A DNA stretch of 64,000 bases from Candidatus Poribacteria bacterium (GTDB taxonomy: Bacteria; Poribacteria; WGA-4E; UBA9662). The stretch is from assembly GCA_030748495.1 (NCBI GenBank), contig JASMLX010000012.1:1411-65410 (forward strand), written 5' to 3'. Numbering within the stretch: position 1 is the first letter of the stretch; every line of letters starts with the position of its first letter. A program made the position numbers and the translations under genes. Shown in pieces: positions 1 to 8,729 of this stretch. Under the pieces are notes generated by a model. That model searched no databases and was not told where the DNA came from. It saw only the letters and a program-made list of their open reading frames with translations.

Positions 1-101
1 TTTAGTGGCTCTTTTACGACTTTACCCTACTATTTAGAAGTCTAATATCGACCCAAGTAAATGCTACTTTGTCTTTTAGATCAACAGTGACTCCACCCTG
101 A

Positions 102-410
102 ATGATTTCTTCATTTATTGAAAGAGAGAAAGAGCCCAAATCAGTAAACAGTATTTCCATGTCTGAATTATCCGAGAAGTTCCTAGATTCTAAAACTAAA
201 GCTGGTTACCCTCAAAAAACAATCAATGGCCATGATGATACATATAAGCTGTTGATCGGAGTACTTGGTGATGTCTGTGTCGATTCTTTAACCCATCAAG
301 ATGGTAAGCGATTTGTTCAAGTGTTGAAGAAATTACCTGTCAATGTAGTAGTGATTATTGATATTAGCAGAATTGACCTCAAGATAATTTGGCATATCAC
401 AGGAAATTGA
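102..410 (+). pseudogene. Truncated tyrosine-recombinase (phage-type integrase) N-terminal fragment
   Basis: The translation (LSEKFLDSKTKAGYPQKTINGHDDTYKLLIGVLGDVCVDSLTHQDGKRFVQVLKKLP) has the layout of integrase core-binding N-domains. The ORF stops after ~100 aa and no catalytic R..HxxR..Y region follows. Confidence 0.3.
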
Positions 411-428
411 TTTGGACAAGTTTGAAGA

Positions 429-457
429 GGAAGTAGTAAATTAAATTTGCTACTTCC
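429..457. terminator. Hairpin between convergent ORFs (possible bidirectional terminator)
   Basis: 8-bp perfect stem GGAAGTAG (429-436) / CTACTTCC (450-457) with a 13-nt AT loop, followed by TTATT. It lies between the ORF ends at 410 and 464. Confidence 0.4.
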
Positions 458-463
458 TTATTC

Positions 464-1249
464 TCAATTCTCAGCCGAGTCAGCAGATTTAGCTAAACGA
501 AAACCGACGAAGGAGGATTTCAAACAGGGGTAAAAATAGAAGCGAAAGGTTGTCGAGCAACGATGGGGCGCGTCCACCCAACTACCACCTCGAATTATCC
601 GCCAGGTGCCTTTCTTAGGTCCCTTTGGATTTTGTTTGGGGGTAGTGTAATAGTAGGTATCGCTGTACCAATCTGCCGTCCATTCCCAAACATTGCCAGC
701 CATATCCATGATACCGTAAAAACTTTTTCCTTCCGGGTAACTGCCAACGGCTGTTAGACCATTAGGGCCATTAGGCGACCAGACGTTGGCTCTTGGTGCC
801 GGATCACTGCCCCAAGGCCAGTAACGGTCAGTCAAACCCCGATTGGCTTTCTCCCATTCTGCCTCTGTGGGAAGTCTCATCTCTACTGATTTAGCGTATG
901 CTACAGCATCGTGCCACGAAATGCCAACCACTGGTTGCTCGGGAAATTTCAGGGCACGCTCAGGCCAACTGCCAATACCATGCTCTCTCGAGAATGATTC
1001 AGGCCTATGCTGAGGATGCTTGAGCACAAACTGGTAATATTCCCGATTGGTGACTTCGTACTTGCCAATCTGAAACTCATTTATGTAAACGGAATGAGCA
1101 GGTTTCTCATCTTCAGCTCGGTTATCATTACCCATAGTAAAAGATCCAGCTGGAATTAACACCATCTCTGGCGATTCCGCCCAGATGCCCGAACAACTAA
1201 GTAGATAGAGACTAACGATAAAACTGGCGAAATTAAGGAGGTTCTTCAT
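464..1249 (-). CDS. Exported (lipobox-like LLSCSG) protein with formylglycine-generating-enzyme / SUMF1-type domain
   Basis: N-terminal signal peptide. FGE-sulfatase family motifs are present: GSFTMGN, EKPAHSVYINEFQIGKYEVTNREY, GNVWEWTADWY and RGGSW...VGFRLA. Confidence 0.85.
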   Translation of the reverse strand: MKNLLNFASFIVSLYLLSCSGIWAESPEMVLIPAGSFTMGNDNRAEDEKPAHSVYINEFQIGKYEVTNREYYQFVLKHPQHRPESFSREHGIGSWPERALKFPEQPVVGISWHDAVAYAKSVEMRLPTEAEWEKANRGLTDRYWPWGSDPAPRANVWSPNGPNGLTAVGSYPEGKSFYGIMDMAGNVWEWTADWYSDTYYYTTPKQNPKGPKKGTWRIIRGGSWVDAPHRCSTTFRFYFYPCLKSSFVGFRLAKSADSAEN

Positions 1250-2441
1250 CTGGTTTTAATTGCTTGTATTGCTCGTAATGTTCATCGGCCTTTTTCTGGT
1301 TTCCAACTTGTTCATAAAGTCGAGCAAGGTTTAGATGAAAGTAAGGTACATCAGGGGCGAGTCCAACTGCTTGTTGGAACGCTTGAATCCCGTTTTGGGG
1401 CATTCCTTCCATAGCATAAATACTGCCTAGGGCGTTGTATAAAATTGGTGCGTCGGGTTTAATGTTCAAAGCCTGATTAATTGCCTGACGAGCTGGAATT
1501 AAATAATCTAAGTTAATGAGGGCCTGGGCAAGGCCGTGGTAGTGACTAGGATTATTGGGGTCTAATTCGATACATTTTTGAAATGATTGTACAGCTTCGG
1601 GATAGCGTCGTTGGTCCATCAATAAGCGGGTGAAATCTTGCCAACCTTGCAAGTTAGTTGGGTCATTATAGGTCAACCGAGCCAACCGCTCGTACTCAGC
1701 AAAGGCTGTCTGAAGTTTACGATAATAGGTCAGCTTGGCGAGCCCTTCTTCTTGTCGACCTAGACGCATATATGCCGTGCCCAAACCGTGATGAGGTTGG
1801 GCAAAAGTTGTATCCAACGCAATTGATTTCTGGAAGTAGGGAATAGCCCGTTCGAACAATTTTAGGCTGACATGGGCAGCCCCAAGCTGTTGCCAGGCCA
1901 CGGCATCCACTGGATGATATTCAACATACTGGGATAAATGTACGATTGCTTCGTCAAACTGACTCAGTTTGATCTTAGCTCGACCAAGTAGATTTAAGGC
2001 ACGGGCATGGTCAGGAATCAAAGCTAATGCACGGTTGGTCGCCTCAACTGTCGCTGGCCAATCACCAAGTTCAAAGTGAGCCGTCCCCAGTGAATACAAC
2101 ACCTCGGCATTATTGGGATTCAGCTTAAGTGATTTTTGATAAATGACAATCGATTTTTGCCAGTTTTTCAGTTCGGAATGAGCCCAACCTAGATAGTGGT
2201 AGAGTTGAAAATGGTCGGCCTCTTGTTCTAAGGCCAATTCAAACGACTCAACCGCTGAGTGCTCCTGACCACGAAACATGGACAGCAATCCTCTCCCAAA
2301 ATGCGAAATATATTGAATGTGTGTATCAGACGAGGCTTGAGCGGTAATCGTGATTAACCAACAAATATGAGCTAATGCCCACCATGATTGTGAAGTTACA
2401 ACTTTTGCAATTTTCATTTTTGTTTGTCTGAATAGTGTCAA
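1233..2441 (-). CDS. Tetratricopeptide (TPR) repeat protein with N-terminal signal/anchor
   Basis: Repeated 34-aa A..Y..LG..Y...G....A...F..AL.L.P units throughout. It overlaps the start of the downstream FGE gene by 17 nt, which suggests an operon. Confidence 0.8.
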   Translation of the reverse strand: MTLFRQTKMKIAKVVTSQSWWALAHICWLITITAQASSDTHIQYISHFGRGLLSMFRGQEHSAVESFELALEQEADHFQLYHYLGWAHSELKNWQKSIVIYQKSLKLNPNNAEVLYSLGTAHFELGDWPATVEATNRALALIPDHARALNLLGRAKIKLSQFDEAIVHLSQYVEYHPVDAVAWQQLGAAHVSLKLFERAIPYFQKSIALDTTFAQPHHGLGTAYMRLGRQEEGLAKLTYYRKLQTAFAEYERLARLTYNDPTNLQGWQDFTRLLMDQRRYPEAVQSFQKCIELDPNNPSHYHGLAQALINLDYLIPARQAINQALNIKPDAPILYNALGSIYAMEGMPQNGIQAFQQAVGLAPDVPYFHLNLARLYEQVGNQKKADEHYEQYKQLKPDEEPP

Positions 2442-3594
2442 TTTACTCCATACTTTGGTTCAAGCACAATTTTCCCTTTTCCCATCTGGGACAAACTGGA
2501 ATCAATGTCCTAGACCCTAGCTAGCATTGACCGAAAGACAGTTTTTCCCTCTACCAAGATACTGTTTACTTTATAAATTAATTGGCCGGCTAAATTGGTA
2601 TTTAGACTAAACGGACCTTATATTAATAGAGTGTTCTAGCACGTTCTGTGAACTGGTCTTCATGGTATCTAGCCATATTGCTGATATACGAAGACCCGGT
2701 TTCGGTGGTTCAATCAATCTAAATGACCACACTTATTGGAATGGACTTGATGGATTCTAGTGGCGGACTAGATTAGTTTTGGTATATTCTGATAGGAATT
2801 GGATTCGTGTTTCCCAGACAAAAAGGCCTTTATCGAGTAATAAAGGTTGTTCCAACGGTTGGATCGAATTGCTACAGGTGGGATATTCAAACCTTCCAAA
2901 CGTTTTAAAATCCTAAAATTATTGATGGTCGGATGTTCTTAACTACAAATTCTCAAGACATATGCTGGTCATTGAGTTGGGCCTGAAAGACAAAAGCACG
3001 GCCACCTCGTCTAATCTCCTTAAATTGGAAATCCTCTGATCTAAATTCCTGTCGTAAGATATTCTAGACTATTTGGGTCGGTTCAAGTTTTGGTAGAGTG
3101 TTGGTATTCACAATTTAGACCAGCGTATGAGGTAGAAATCTCATCCTCTCTGTTAATTTCTTCGAGGAATATTATCTTGTATTAATTCGTGTTTGTCAAA
3201 GTCATGCTTCTTTAAACACAAGCTGGTAGGATCATAATTCAGACACAAATTATATGGGTATTTATTCCAAGTTAATTTTCCCAAATTAAATTTTGATAAC
3301 GTTAAGGTCTCGCCTTCGATTTTTTAGAAGATAATATTTCATCCACAGTATGTGAAGTGATATAACTAAGGTTGATGAACGTTGACGATAAAATATACTT
3401 TCGTTGGGCTGTATAAACATTTAGTTCCAGAGGTTCGAAGGTCTGGTGGGTTTGACGGCCAAATTCATCTACCGTTTCTTGTCTTCGTTCAGGTAGTGGT
3501 TCAACGACGCCACCAATCGTTCATCTCCAGAGGGACGAATTTGGTTGGCATCTATGTTTAGCTAGATCGGACCGATCCAGCCTAGCCAGCCAGA

Positions 3595-4884
3595 CTATTT
3601 TTTAATCTCACTCCAGGTTGTTACCAGCTTATTCCTCGAATCGACAGCTAAATTTATCCGTCCGCGTCGAGTACTGAATTTTAAGCCCTTTTCCGTCTGA
3701 GTGTCAAATCCAACAAACATACTCCAACCACCTCCTCGTTCACTAACTTTTACCAGAAGGTGATTATCACCTTTGTTCAGTGAAATATTGAACTTATCCT
3801 GAAAATCGCCTGCACCTCGGTTGGTAGCGTTTCGGTGTACTACTTTACCGTTCAACCAAACTTTAATTGAATCATCACTACCCACAAAGCCAACACCTTG
3901 CCGGCTATTAGGGGAGACAATATTGATATAGGCATAAGAAGAGGTGTCGTTAATATCTCCTTTTCCCAGTTTAATCTTATTCAGGACATCATTGACGTTG
4001 TTTCCTCCTTGTGCAGCAATTTCGCTTTCTTTCCAAGCCAACTTGCCTACTTTTTGGCCTTTTACCGCTCCTAACCTGGCGATTTTTTCCTCTGTTATTC
4101 TTCCTTTACTCGCATCCTTAAGCGAATCGATATCGGTAGATGCTTTACCGCCCTGACCGTTTTGGCAAGGTGCCATCATCCATAGCCAAGGACCTGTAAT
4201 TTTCTTTCCTGCCGTCCCTGCACGAACCGGTTCATTAGCATCCACAGGATTGAGGTTTTCTGCACCATCTCTGGGGTATTTTTTGCCGGCGGCTGCAAAT
4301 TTTCCCGTCATACCCACGAACATACTCCAACCGCCGCCCTGCTCACCAACTTTGACTAGGAGTAAATTCTTACCTTTTTGGACTGCCACCTTGAAATTAT
4401 CCTGGAAATTGCCTGCCCCACGGTTAACGGCATTTCGATGTACCACTTTACCATTCAACCAGACTTTAATTGAATCATCACTGCCAACCTTCATGGTTCT
4501 ATCACCAGCAGCCGCTGCTTCAATTTCGATAAAAGCATAGGCCGCCATATCATTGCAATCACCGTCACAAAAATCAAGGATATTAGCAATTGGATTGATA
4601 TTATTACCTCCAGCGGCAGCGATTTTTGCTCGACTCCAAATTAGTTTTCCGACTTTATCACCAGCTTGAGCACCGTTGTTAGCGATCTTATCTTCCGTCA
4701 CTTGCCCATTGCTTCTAAGCTTAAGTGTGTCTTGATCAACTGCCGCTGCCCCTCCTGCACCATCAATTTTTAGACACATCCATAACCAGGGGCCAACTAT
4801 TTTATCCTGAGCTTGTATTGTGTTAGCACCTGCCAGTAGCAATAATAATAAACATCTCGGAAGAAATACTTTTAAATTCATCAC
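3595..4884 (-). CDS. Exported two-module paralogue (module = GPWLWM...GGNN[VI]N...GSDDSIKVWLNGKVVHRNA.NRGAG.FQD...GGGWSMFVG), C-terminal KLVTTWSEIKK tail
   Basis: Clear signal peptide (LLLLLLAGANTIQAQ). There is an internal tandem duplication of a ~190-aa module that also occurs once in each of the next two genes. The motif pattern looks like a PA14 or galactose-binding-like beta-jelly-roll, but that fold assignment is weak. Confidence 0.85.
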   Translation of the reverse strand: MMNLKVFLPRCLLLLLLAGANTIQAQDKIVGPWLWMCLKIDGAGGAAAVDQDTLKLRSNGQVTEDKIANNGAQAGDKVGKLIWSRAKIAAAGGNNINPIANILDFCDGDCNDMAAYAFIEIEAAAAGDRTMKVGSDDSIKVWLNGKVVHRNAVNRGAGNFQDNFKVAVQKGKNLLLVKVGEQGGGWSMFVGMTGKFAAAGKKYPRDGAENLNPVDANEPVRAGTAGKKITGPWLWMMAPCQNGQGGKASTDIDSLKDASKGRITEEKIARLGAVKGQKVGKLAWKESEIAAQGGNNVNDVLNKIKLGKGDINDTSSYAYINIVSPNSRQGVGFVGSDDSIKVWLNGKVVHRNATNRGAGDFQDKFNISLNKGDNHLLVKVSERGGGWSMFVGFDTQTEKGLKFSTRRGRINLAVDSRNKLVTTWSEIKK

Positions 4885-4923
4885 CTATCAGATCTGCCTC
4901 TGTCTCCAAATTAATTTTAGGTA

Positions 4924-4957
4924 AATAAAAAAGGGATGAAGTCTTATACTTCACCCC
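4924..4957 (-). terminator. Rho-independent terminator downstream of 4987..5691
   Basis: The minus-strand RNA reads GGGGUGAAGU-AUAAG-ACUUCAUCCC followed by UUUUUUAUUU. The stem is 10 bp with one G-U pair. Confidence 0.7.
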
Positions 4958-4986
4958 TCTGAGGCCGAAACGATATCGTTTACTTC

Positions 4987-5691
4987 TTATCTGTTCTGAT
5001 TCTTAATACTCCCCCAACTGGTAGCTAACTTGGACTCGGCTTCAACTGCCAGACCGGCAAACTTGAGGTTGTAAGTCAATTTGGCGTCAATACCGACAAA
5101 CATGCTCCAACCACCACCTTTTTCTGTTACTTTTACCATTAAGACATTATTGCCCTTCTTGAGATCAACGTCAAAGTTATCCTGAAAGTCGCCTGCTCCA
5201 CGGTCTACAGCATTAACATGAACCTCTTTCCCGTTGAACCAGATTTTAAGACCATCATCACTACCCGCTCTGGCAGCAACTCCTTTTTTAGCCGTTTTTG
5301 AAACACAGTTAATAACTGCATACGAACACCAGTTGTTGAGGTCGCCGACCCCAAGCTTCATCTTGAGGACAGCATCATTGACGTTATTACCACCCGCAGG
5401 AGCAATTTTGCCTTTGGTCCATTTGAGTTTGTTCTTGTTTTTGACACTCAGTACCTGTTTGGTGATTCCTCCCTTGGCAACTGTCTTTTCGGTTAATTTT
5501 CCTCCAGTAACTTCTTTAATCCAGTCGTCGTTGGTTACTGCTGCGCCGCCGCCTTTCTTGGCCGTCTCAACGATCATCCAATACCATGGACCTTCTATTT
5601 TATCCTGCGCCTGTGTTAGACTGACGCTTGATGCCAACAACAAAAATAGAATCACTAAAAAAAACTGACTCAAGCTGATAATTTTCTGCAT
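4987..5691 (-). CDS. Exported single-module paralogue of the GPWLWM/GGGWSMFVG family, tail KLATSWGSIKNQNR
   Basis: Signal peptide ending LTQAQ, followed by DKIEGPWYWM. It shares the motifs GGNNVND, GSDDGLKIWFNGKEVH, NAVDRGAGDFQDNF and GGGWSMFVG with its neighbours. Confidence 0.85.
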   Translation of the reverse strand: MQKIISLSQFFLVILFLLLASSVSLTQAQDKIEGPWYWMIVETAKKGGGAAVTNDDWIKEVTGGKLTEKTVAKGGITKQVLSVKNKNKLKWTKGKIAPAGGNNVNDAVLKMKLGVGDLNNWCSYAVINCVSKTAKKGVAARAGSDDGLKIWFNGKEVHVNAVDRGAGDFQDNFDVDLKKGNNVLMVKVTEKGGGWSMFVGIDAKLTYNLKFAGLAVEAESKLATSWGSIKNQNR

Positions 5692-5737
5692 TTCTGTTCC
5701 TTATTTAGTTGCGTTAGTTATTACTTAAAGATCCAAA

Positions 5738-5770
5738 AATAAAAAGGGATGAAGTTTTGTACTTCACCCC
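5738..5770 (-). terminator. Rho-independent terminator downstream of 5803..6462 (paralogous copy of the 4924..4957 hairpin)
   Basis: The stem arms are the same as at 4933-4957 (GGGATGAAGT / ACTTCACCCC on the plus strand), the loop is TTTGT, and a U-tract follows on the minus strand. Confidence 0.7.
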
Positions 5771-5802
5771 TTGGTTCAAAGTGACCGTTTGTATCGGGAG
5801 TA

Positions 5803-6462
5803 CTATCGATTTCTTACTTTAGCCCAGGTAGTAGCGAGCTTATGAGCAGGTTCGACAGCTACGACAGTATAAGTGGTATCAATACCAACAAACATGCTCC
5901 AACCACCACCTTTTTCACCAACTTTTACCAGAAGCCTATTCACACCATCAATCACGTTGACTTTGGCTTTGTCCTGAAAATCACCAGCCCCACGGTTAAC
6001 AGCGTTCTTATGGACGACTTCGCCATTGAGCCAGATTTTGATGGAATCGTCACTACCAGCTTGAAGTTCCACACCTTTTTGCGCTTTAGCTTCAAACTCG
6101 ACATAGGCCCAAGAGTCGTGATCGTTTACATCACCTTTCCCAAGGCCAATTTTTGTAACGAGGTCGTTCACGTTATTTCCACCTGTTGGTGCTAGTTTGC
6201 CCCAAGTCCAGTAAAGGTTGCCACACTTAGCGCCGGCTTTGACACCATTTTTAGCCACACCTTCTTGAGTCTGCGAGCCACCACTGGCCTTTTTAAGGGT
6301 GTCGATATCAGTAGAATCTGCACCACCTTTACCTGCTTCTGTAGGGGCGATCATCCATAGCCATGGACCTTCAATTTTTTTCGGTGCTGCATCAGCCAGC
6401 CCCGCAAACAGGCTTACTGCCAAAAAGCAAGTCAACGCCAAAATAAAAACACTTTTTTTCAT
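5803..6462 (-). CDS. Exported single-module paralogue of the GPWLWM/GGGWSMFVG family, tail KLATTWAKVRNR
   Basis: The ORF track starts at 6570. The internal ATG at 6462 gives a canonical signal peptide (MKKSVFILALTCFLAVSLFAGLADA) and is preceded by AAGGA. The promoter at 6530-6558 lies inside the longer ORF, which argues against the 6570 start. Confidence 0.8.
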   Translation of the reverse strand: MKKSVFILALTCFLAVSLFAGLADAAPKKIEGPWLWMIAPTEAGKGGADSTDIDTLKKASGGSQTQEGVAKNGVKAGAKCGNLYWTWGKLAPTGGNNVNDLVTKIGLGKGDVNDHDSWAYVEFEAKAQKGVELQAGSDDSIKIWLNGEVVHKNAVNRGAGDFQDKAKVNVIDGVNRLLVKVGEKGGGWSMFVGIDTTYTVVAVEPAHKLATTWAKVRNR

Positions 6463-6529
6463 TCTTATATCCTTAAATTTGCTAGAAGTTAGATAGTATT
6501 GATGGATATCACCATCTGCTGCTTGGCCG

Positions 6530-6558
6530 ATTTTAACATGGCTAATTTGTAAAGTCAA
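6530..6558 (-). promoter_or_regulatory. Sigma-70-like promoter for the 6462->3595 array
   Basis: The minus strand reads TTGACT-17 nt-TAAAAT, about 60 nt upstream of the ATG at 6462. Confidence 0.55.
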
Positions 6559-6625
6559 TGAGTTTCCCATTTGCTTTTCAGTCTTGAAATGCCCCCCGCA
6601 TTTTTGACAGGTAGTTAGTAGTATT

Positions 6626-7570
6626 TTAACTTCCCAAAGTCTTACTCTCCAGATTTAACCACTGCATCTCTTTCTCTGTTAATTCAACCCCAACGGCTCC
6701 CAAACTAGAGTTGAGCTCATCCAGGTTGACTGGTCCAAAAATAGGAAAAGTAGGAAAAGGCTGGTGCATGACATAAGCCAAGGCAACCTGAATTGCAGTA
6801 CAGCCTTTCTCCTGCCCTAGTTGTTGAGCTCTATTAAGCCGTTCAAAGTTGTCGTCGGTATAGTAGATGTCGACCACGTGTAAATTGTCAGGCTTATAGG
6901 GACTAAAGTTTCCGCTAAAGAATCCTCTGGCCTGAGAAGACCAGGGAATCAAGGGGAATTGATTCTCATTGTGCCAGTCCCATGCAGCCTGGTCAGTTAG
7001 AAAACAACCGGACCAATGAGGCTTCTTAGCAGCAGCCAAACTAATATTGTTACTGATAGCGATCAATGGATGTTTGTCCGATTGCACTGCGTACTCGTTG
7101 GCCGCTTGAACGCGAGTTGGCGACCAGTTGGAAACTCCAGCAGCAAGGATCCGTCCTCGCCGAATCTCTTGATCCATATAATCTACGACTGTTGAAACAG
7201 GAATTCGCTCATCGTCACGGTGCAAAAGATAGAGATCGAAGTAATCGGTTTGGGTGCGAATCAGAGAAACTTCCAGATCTGCTCGCACCTCCTCCGGCGC
7301 AATTCGAGGACGAGGAACACTGCCGTTGGGGTGACCTCCTTTAGCAATCACAAAGGTTTGACTGCGGTTTTTACGGTGCTTCATCCACTGGCCAAGCACC
7401 CGTTCGCAATCTCCACCGGAATAGATATATGCGGTGTCAAAGGCGTTACCACCGGCCTCACTAAAACGATTAAAGACGCTGTAAGCCCCATCAAGATCAC
7501 CCATGTGAAAGGCCATTGTTCCCAAGACCAGTTGGGAGACATTTCGATCTCCAAGTTGCAGGTATTTCAT
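6626..7570 (-). CDS. Aldo/keto reductase family oxidoreductase
   Basis: AKR-type N-terminus (LGTMAF...FDTAYIYSGG.CE..LG.W) and ~314 aa length. Confidence 0.85.
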   Translation of the reverse strand: MKYLQLGDRNVSQLVLGTMAFHMGDLDGAYSVFNRFSEAGGNAFDTAYIYSGGDCERVLGQWMKHRKNRSQTFVIAKGGHPNGSVPRPRIAPEEVRADLEVSLIRTQTDYFDLYLLHRDDERIPVSTVVDYMDQEIRRGRILAAGVSNWSPTRVQAANEYAVQSDKHPLIAISNNISLAAAKKPHWSGCFLTDQAAWDWHNENQFPLIPWSSQARGFFSGNFSPYKPDNLHVVDIYYTDDNFERLNRAQQLGQEKGCTAIQVALAYVMHQPFPTFPIFGPVNLDELNSSLGAVGVELTEKEMQWLNLESKTLGS

Positions 7571-7808
7571 AGTTTTCTCCTCTGAATTCCAAAAAAGCCG
7601 CCGGTTCGAACGATTACTATAGACGCCATCCGGCTGCTAATCGATTTTGGAAACTTAGCTATCTCGCAGGAATTGGCGACCATTATAGAAAAGGGCAGCA
7701 CAGCATTAAAGATAAAAGATCATCGAGGCCCTTGACTCACTTTAGAGTTCTTCCTGCGCCCCCTTTTTCTCGCAGAAATCAGATCGATGTAGTTAACCTG
7801 TCAATAAA

Positions 7809-8702
7809 TCAAGACTGTCGATTGGACAGGTAAGCGGATAACGCATAATCAAATGGGGTATCGGTGTTAATCTGAACGTAATCGATCATATTGGCACCAC
7901 ACCCTCGTTGATAGTCTCGAATAAACCTGTTAAGTTGTTCAAGGTAACTGGACTTGAGGCTATCTGCTTGCGTTACCAACCGTTGTCCTGTCTCGAGGTC
8001 TTGAAAAGAGATTGCGCCTTGAAAAGGGAAAGTTTTTTCTGCTGAATCGAGAAGGTGAAAGACAATTACTTCGTGCTTTCGATGCCGAAAATGTTTTAAA
8101 GCCGATAGCACTTTGGTCGGCTGATCTAATAAATCAGAGATAACAATCACTAATCCCCGCCGAACAATCCGCTTTGCCAGATCGTGTAATACTGTTGCCA
8201 CATCTGTTTCTGCACCAGCGGTGATCGACTCCAGTATTGAGATAATCGCCTGCAAATGGGTTGGGACGCCACGAGGTGGAATGTAGTCACGGATCTGTTG
8301 GTCGAATGTGGCTAACCCAACCGAGTCACGCTGTTTCAGCATCAAATAGGTCAGAGAAGCAGCCAGGTAGCAACCGTACTGTAATTTACTAATACCGCTA
8401 CCATCAAATTGGTAGGTCATCGACTGGCTGGCATCTAGAACCAAATAGACCCGTAAGTTGGTCTCTTCTTCAAATTTCTTGACGTAGTACCGGTCTGACT
8501 TACCAAAAACCTTCCAGTCGATGTGGCGAATCTCATCACCCGGCATGTACTGGCGGTGCTCCGAGAACTCGACACTGAACCCTTGATAGGGACTTTTATG
8601 TAGTCCCGTCACAAAACCTTCGACTACCAACCGGGCGACCAGTTCCAGATTCCCCAACCGGGAAAGTGCGACCGGATCTAAATAGTGATGTTTGGTTTGC
8701 AT
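7809..8702 (-). CDS. DUF58 family protein (vWA-like, usually MoxR-associated)
   Basis: HKSPYQGFSVEFSEHRQYMPGDEIRHIDWKVFGKSDRYYVKKFEEETN is the DUF58 signature region. Confidence 0.85.
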   Translation of the reverse strand: MQTKHHYLDPVALSRLGNLELVARLVVEGFVTGLHKSPYQGFSVEFSEHRQYMPGDEIRHIDWKVFGKSDRYYVKKFEEETNLRVYLVLDASQSMTYQFDGSGISKLQYGCYLAASLTYLMLKQRDSVGLATFDQQIRDYIPPRGVPTHLQAIISILESITAGAETDVATVLHDLAKRIVRRGLVIVISDLLDQPTKVLSALKHFRHRKHEVIVFHLLDSAEKTFPFQGAISFQDLETGQRLVTQADSLKSSYLEQLNRFIRDYQRGCGANMIDYVQINTDTPFDYALSAYLSNRQS

Positions 8703-8729
8703 CTAATTATCCGAGTTATCTGAGGCTGA

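Noticed and set aside
464-1249. Possible diversity-generating retroelement (DGR) target. FGE/C-type-lectin-fold proteins are classic DGR variable proteins, this one has an odd aromatic-rich C-terminal segment (CSTTFRFYFYPCLKSSFVGFRLA), and it sits next to an integrase fragment.
   Set aside because: The codons in that segment (ttt, tat, tgt, ttg, aca, aaa and others) are not the NNC-type set expected from adenine mutagenesis of AAC template codons. I found no second near-identical copy (template repeat) of the 470-600 region and no reverse transcriptase in the window.
3426-3450. tRNA-like T-arm (CCAGAGGTTCGAAGGTCTGG).
   Set aside because: The loop and stem geometry is wrong. GGTTCGAAGG gives a 10-nt loop instead of the 7-nt TTCGAAT loop, and I could find no acceptor, D or anticodon arms around it.
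3568-3581. An exact 14-mer, CGGACCGATCCAGC, is shared with 31478-31491. Both copies lie in the ORF-free stretches downstream of the two paralogue arrays.
   Set aside because: With about 4e9 position pairs (both orientations) and 4^14 possible 14-mers, roughly ten or more exact 14-nt matches are expected by chance in 64 kb. The flanks do not extend the match.
5234-5668. Long antisense ORFs nested in real genes, for example 563..757, 3944..4156, 4250..4540, 5234..5668, 5842..6195, 7220..7585, 21011..21448, 23120..23476, 25111..25449, 27414..27830, 28320..28739, 29199..29684, 41981..42446 and 45547..45855.
   Set aside because: Each lies fully inside a longer ORF on the other strand that has clear family motifs. 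Their translations are low-complexity (Pro/Ser/Leu/Thr-rich) with no motifs or RBS, which is typical of shadow ORFs.
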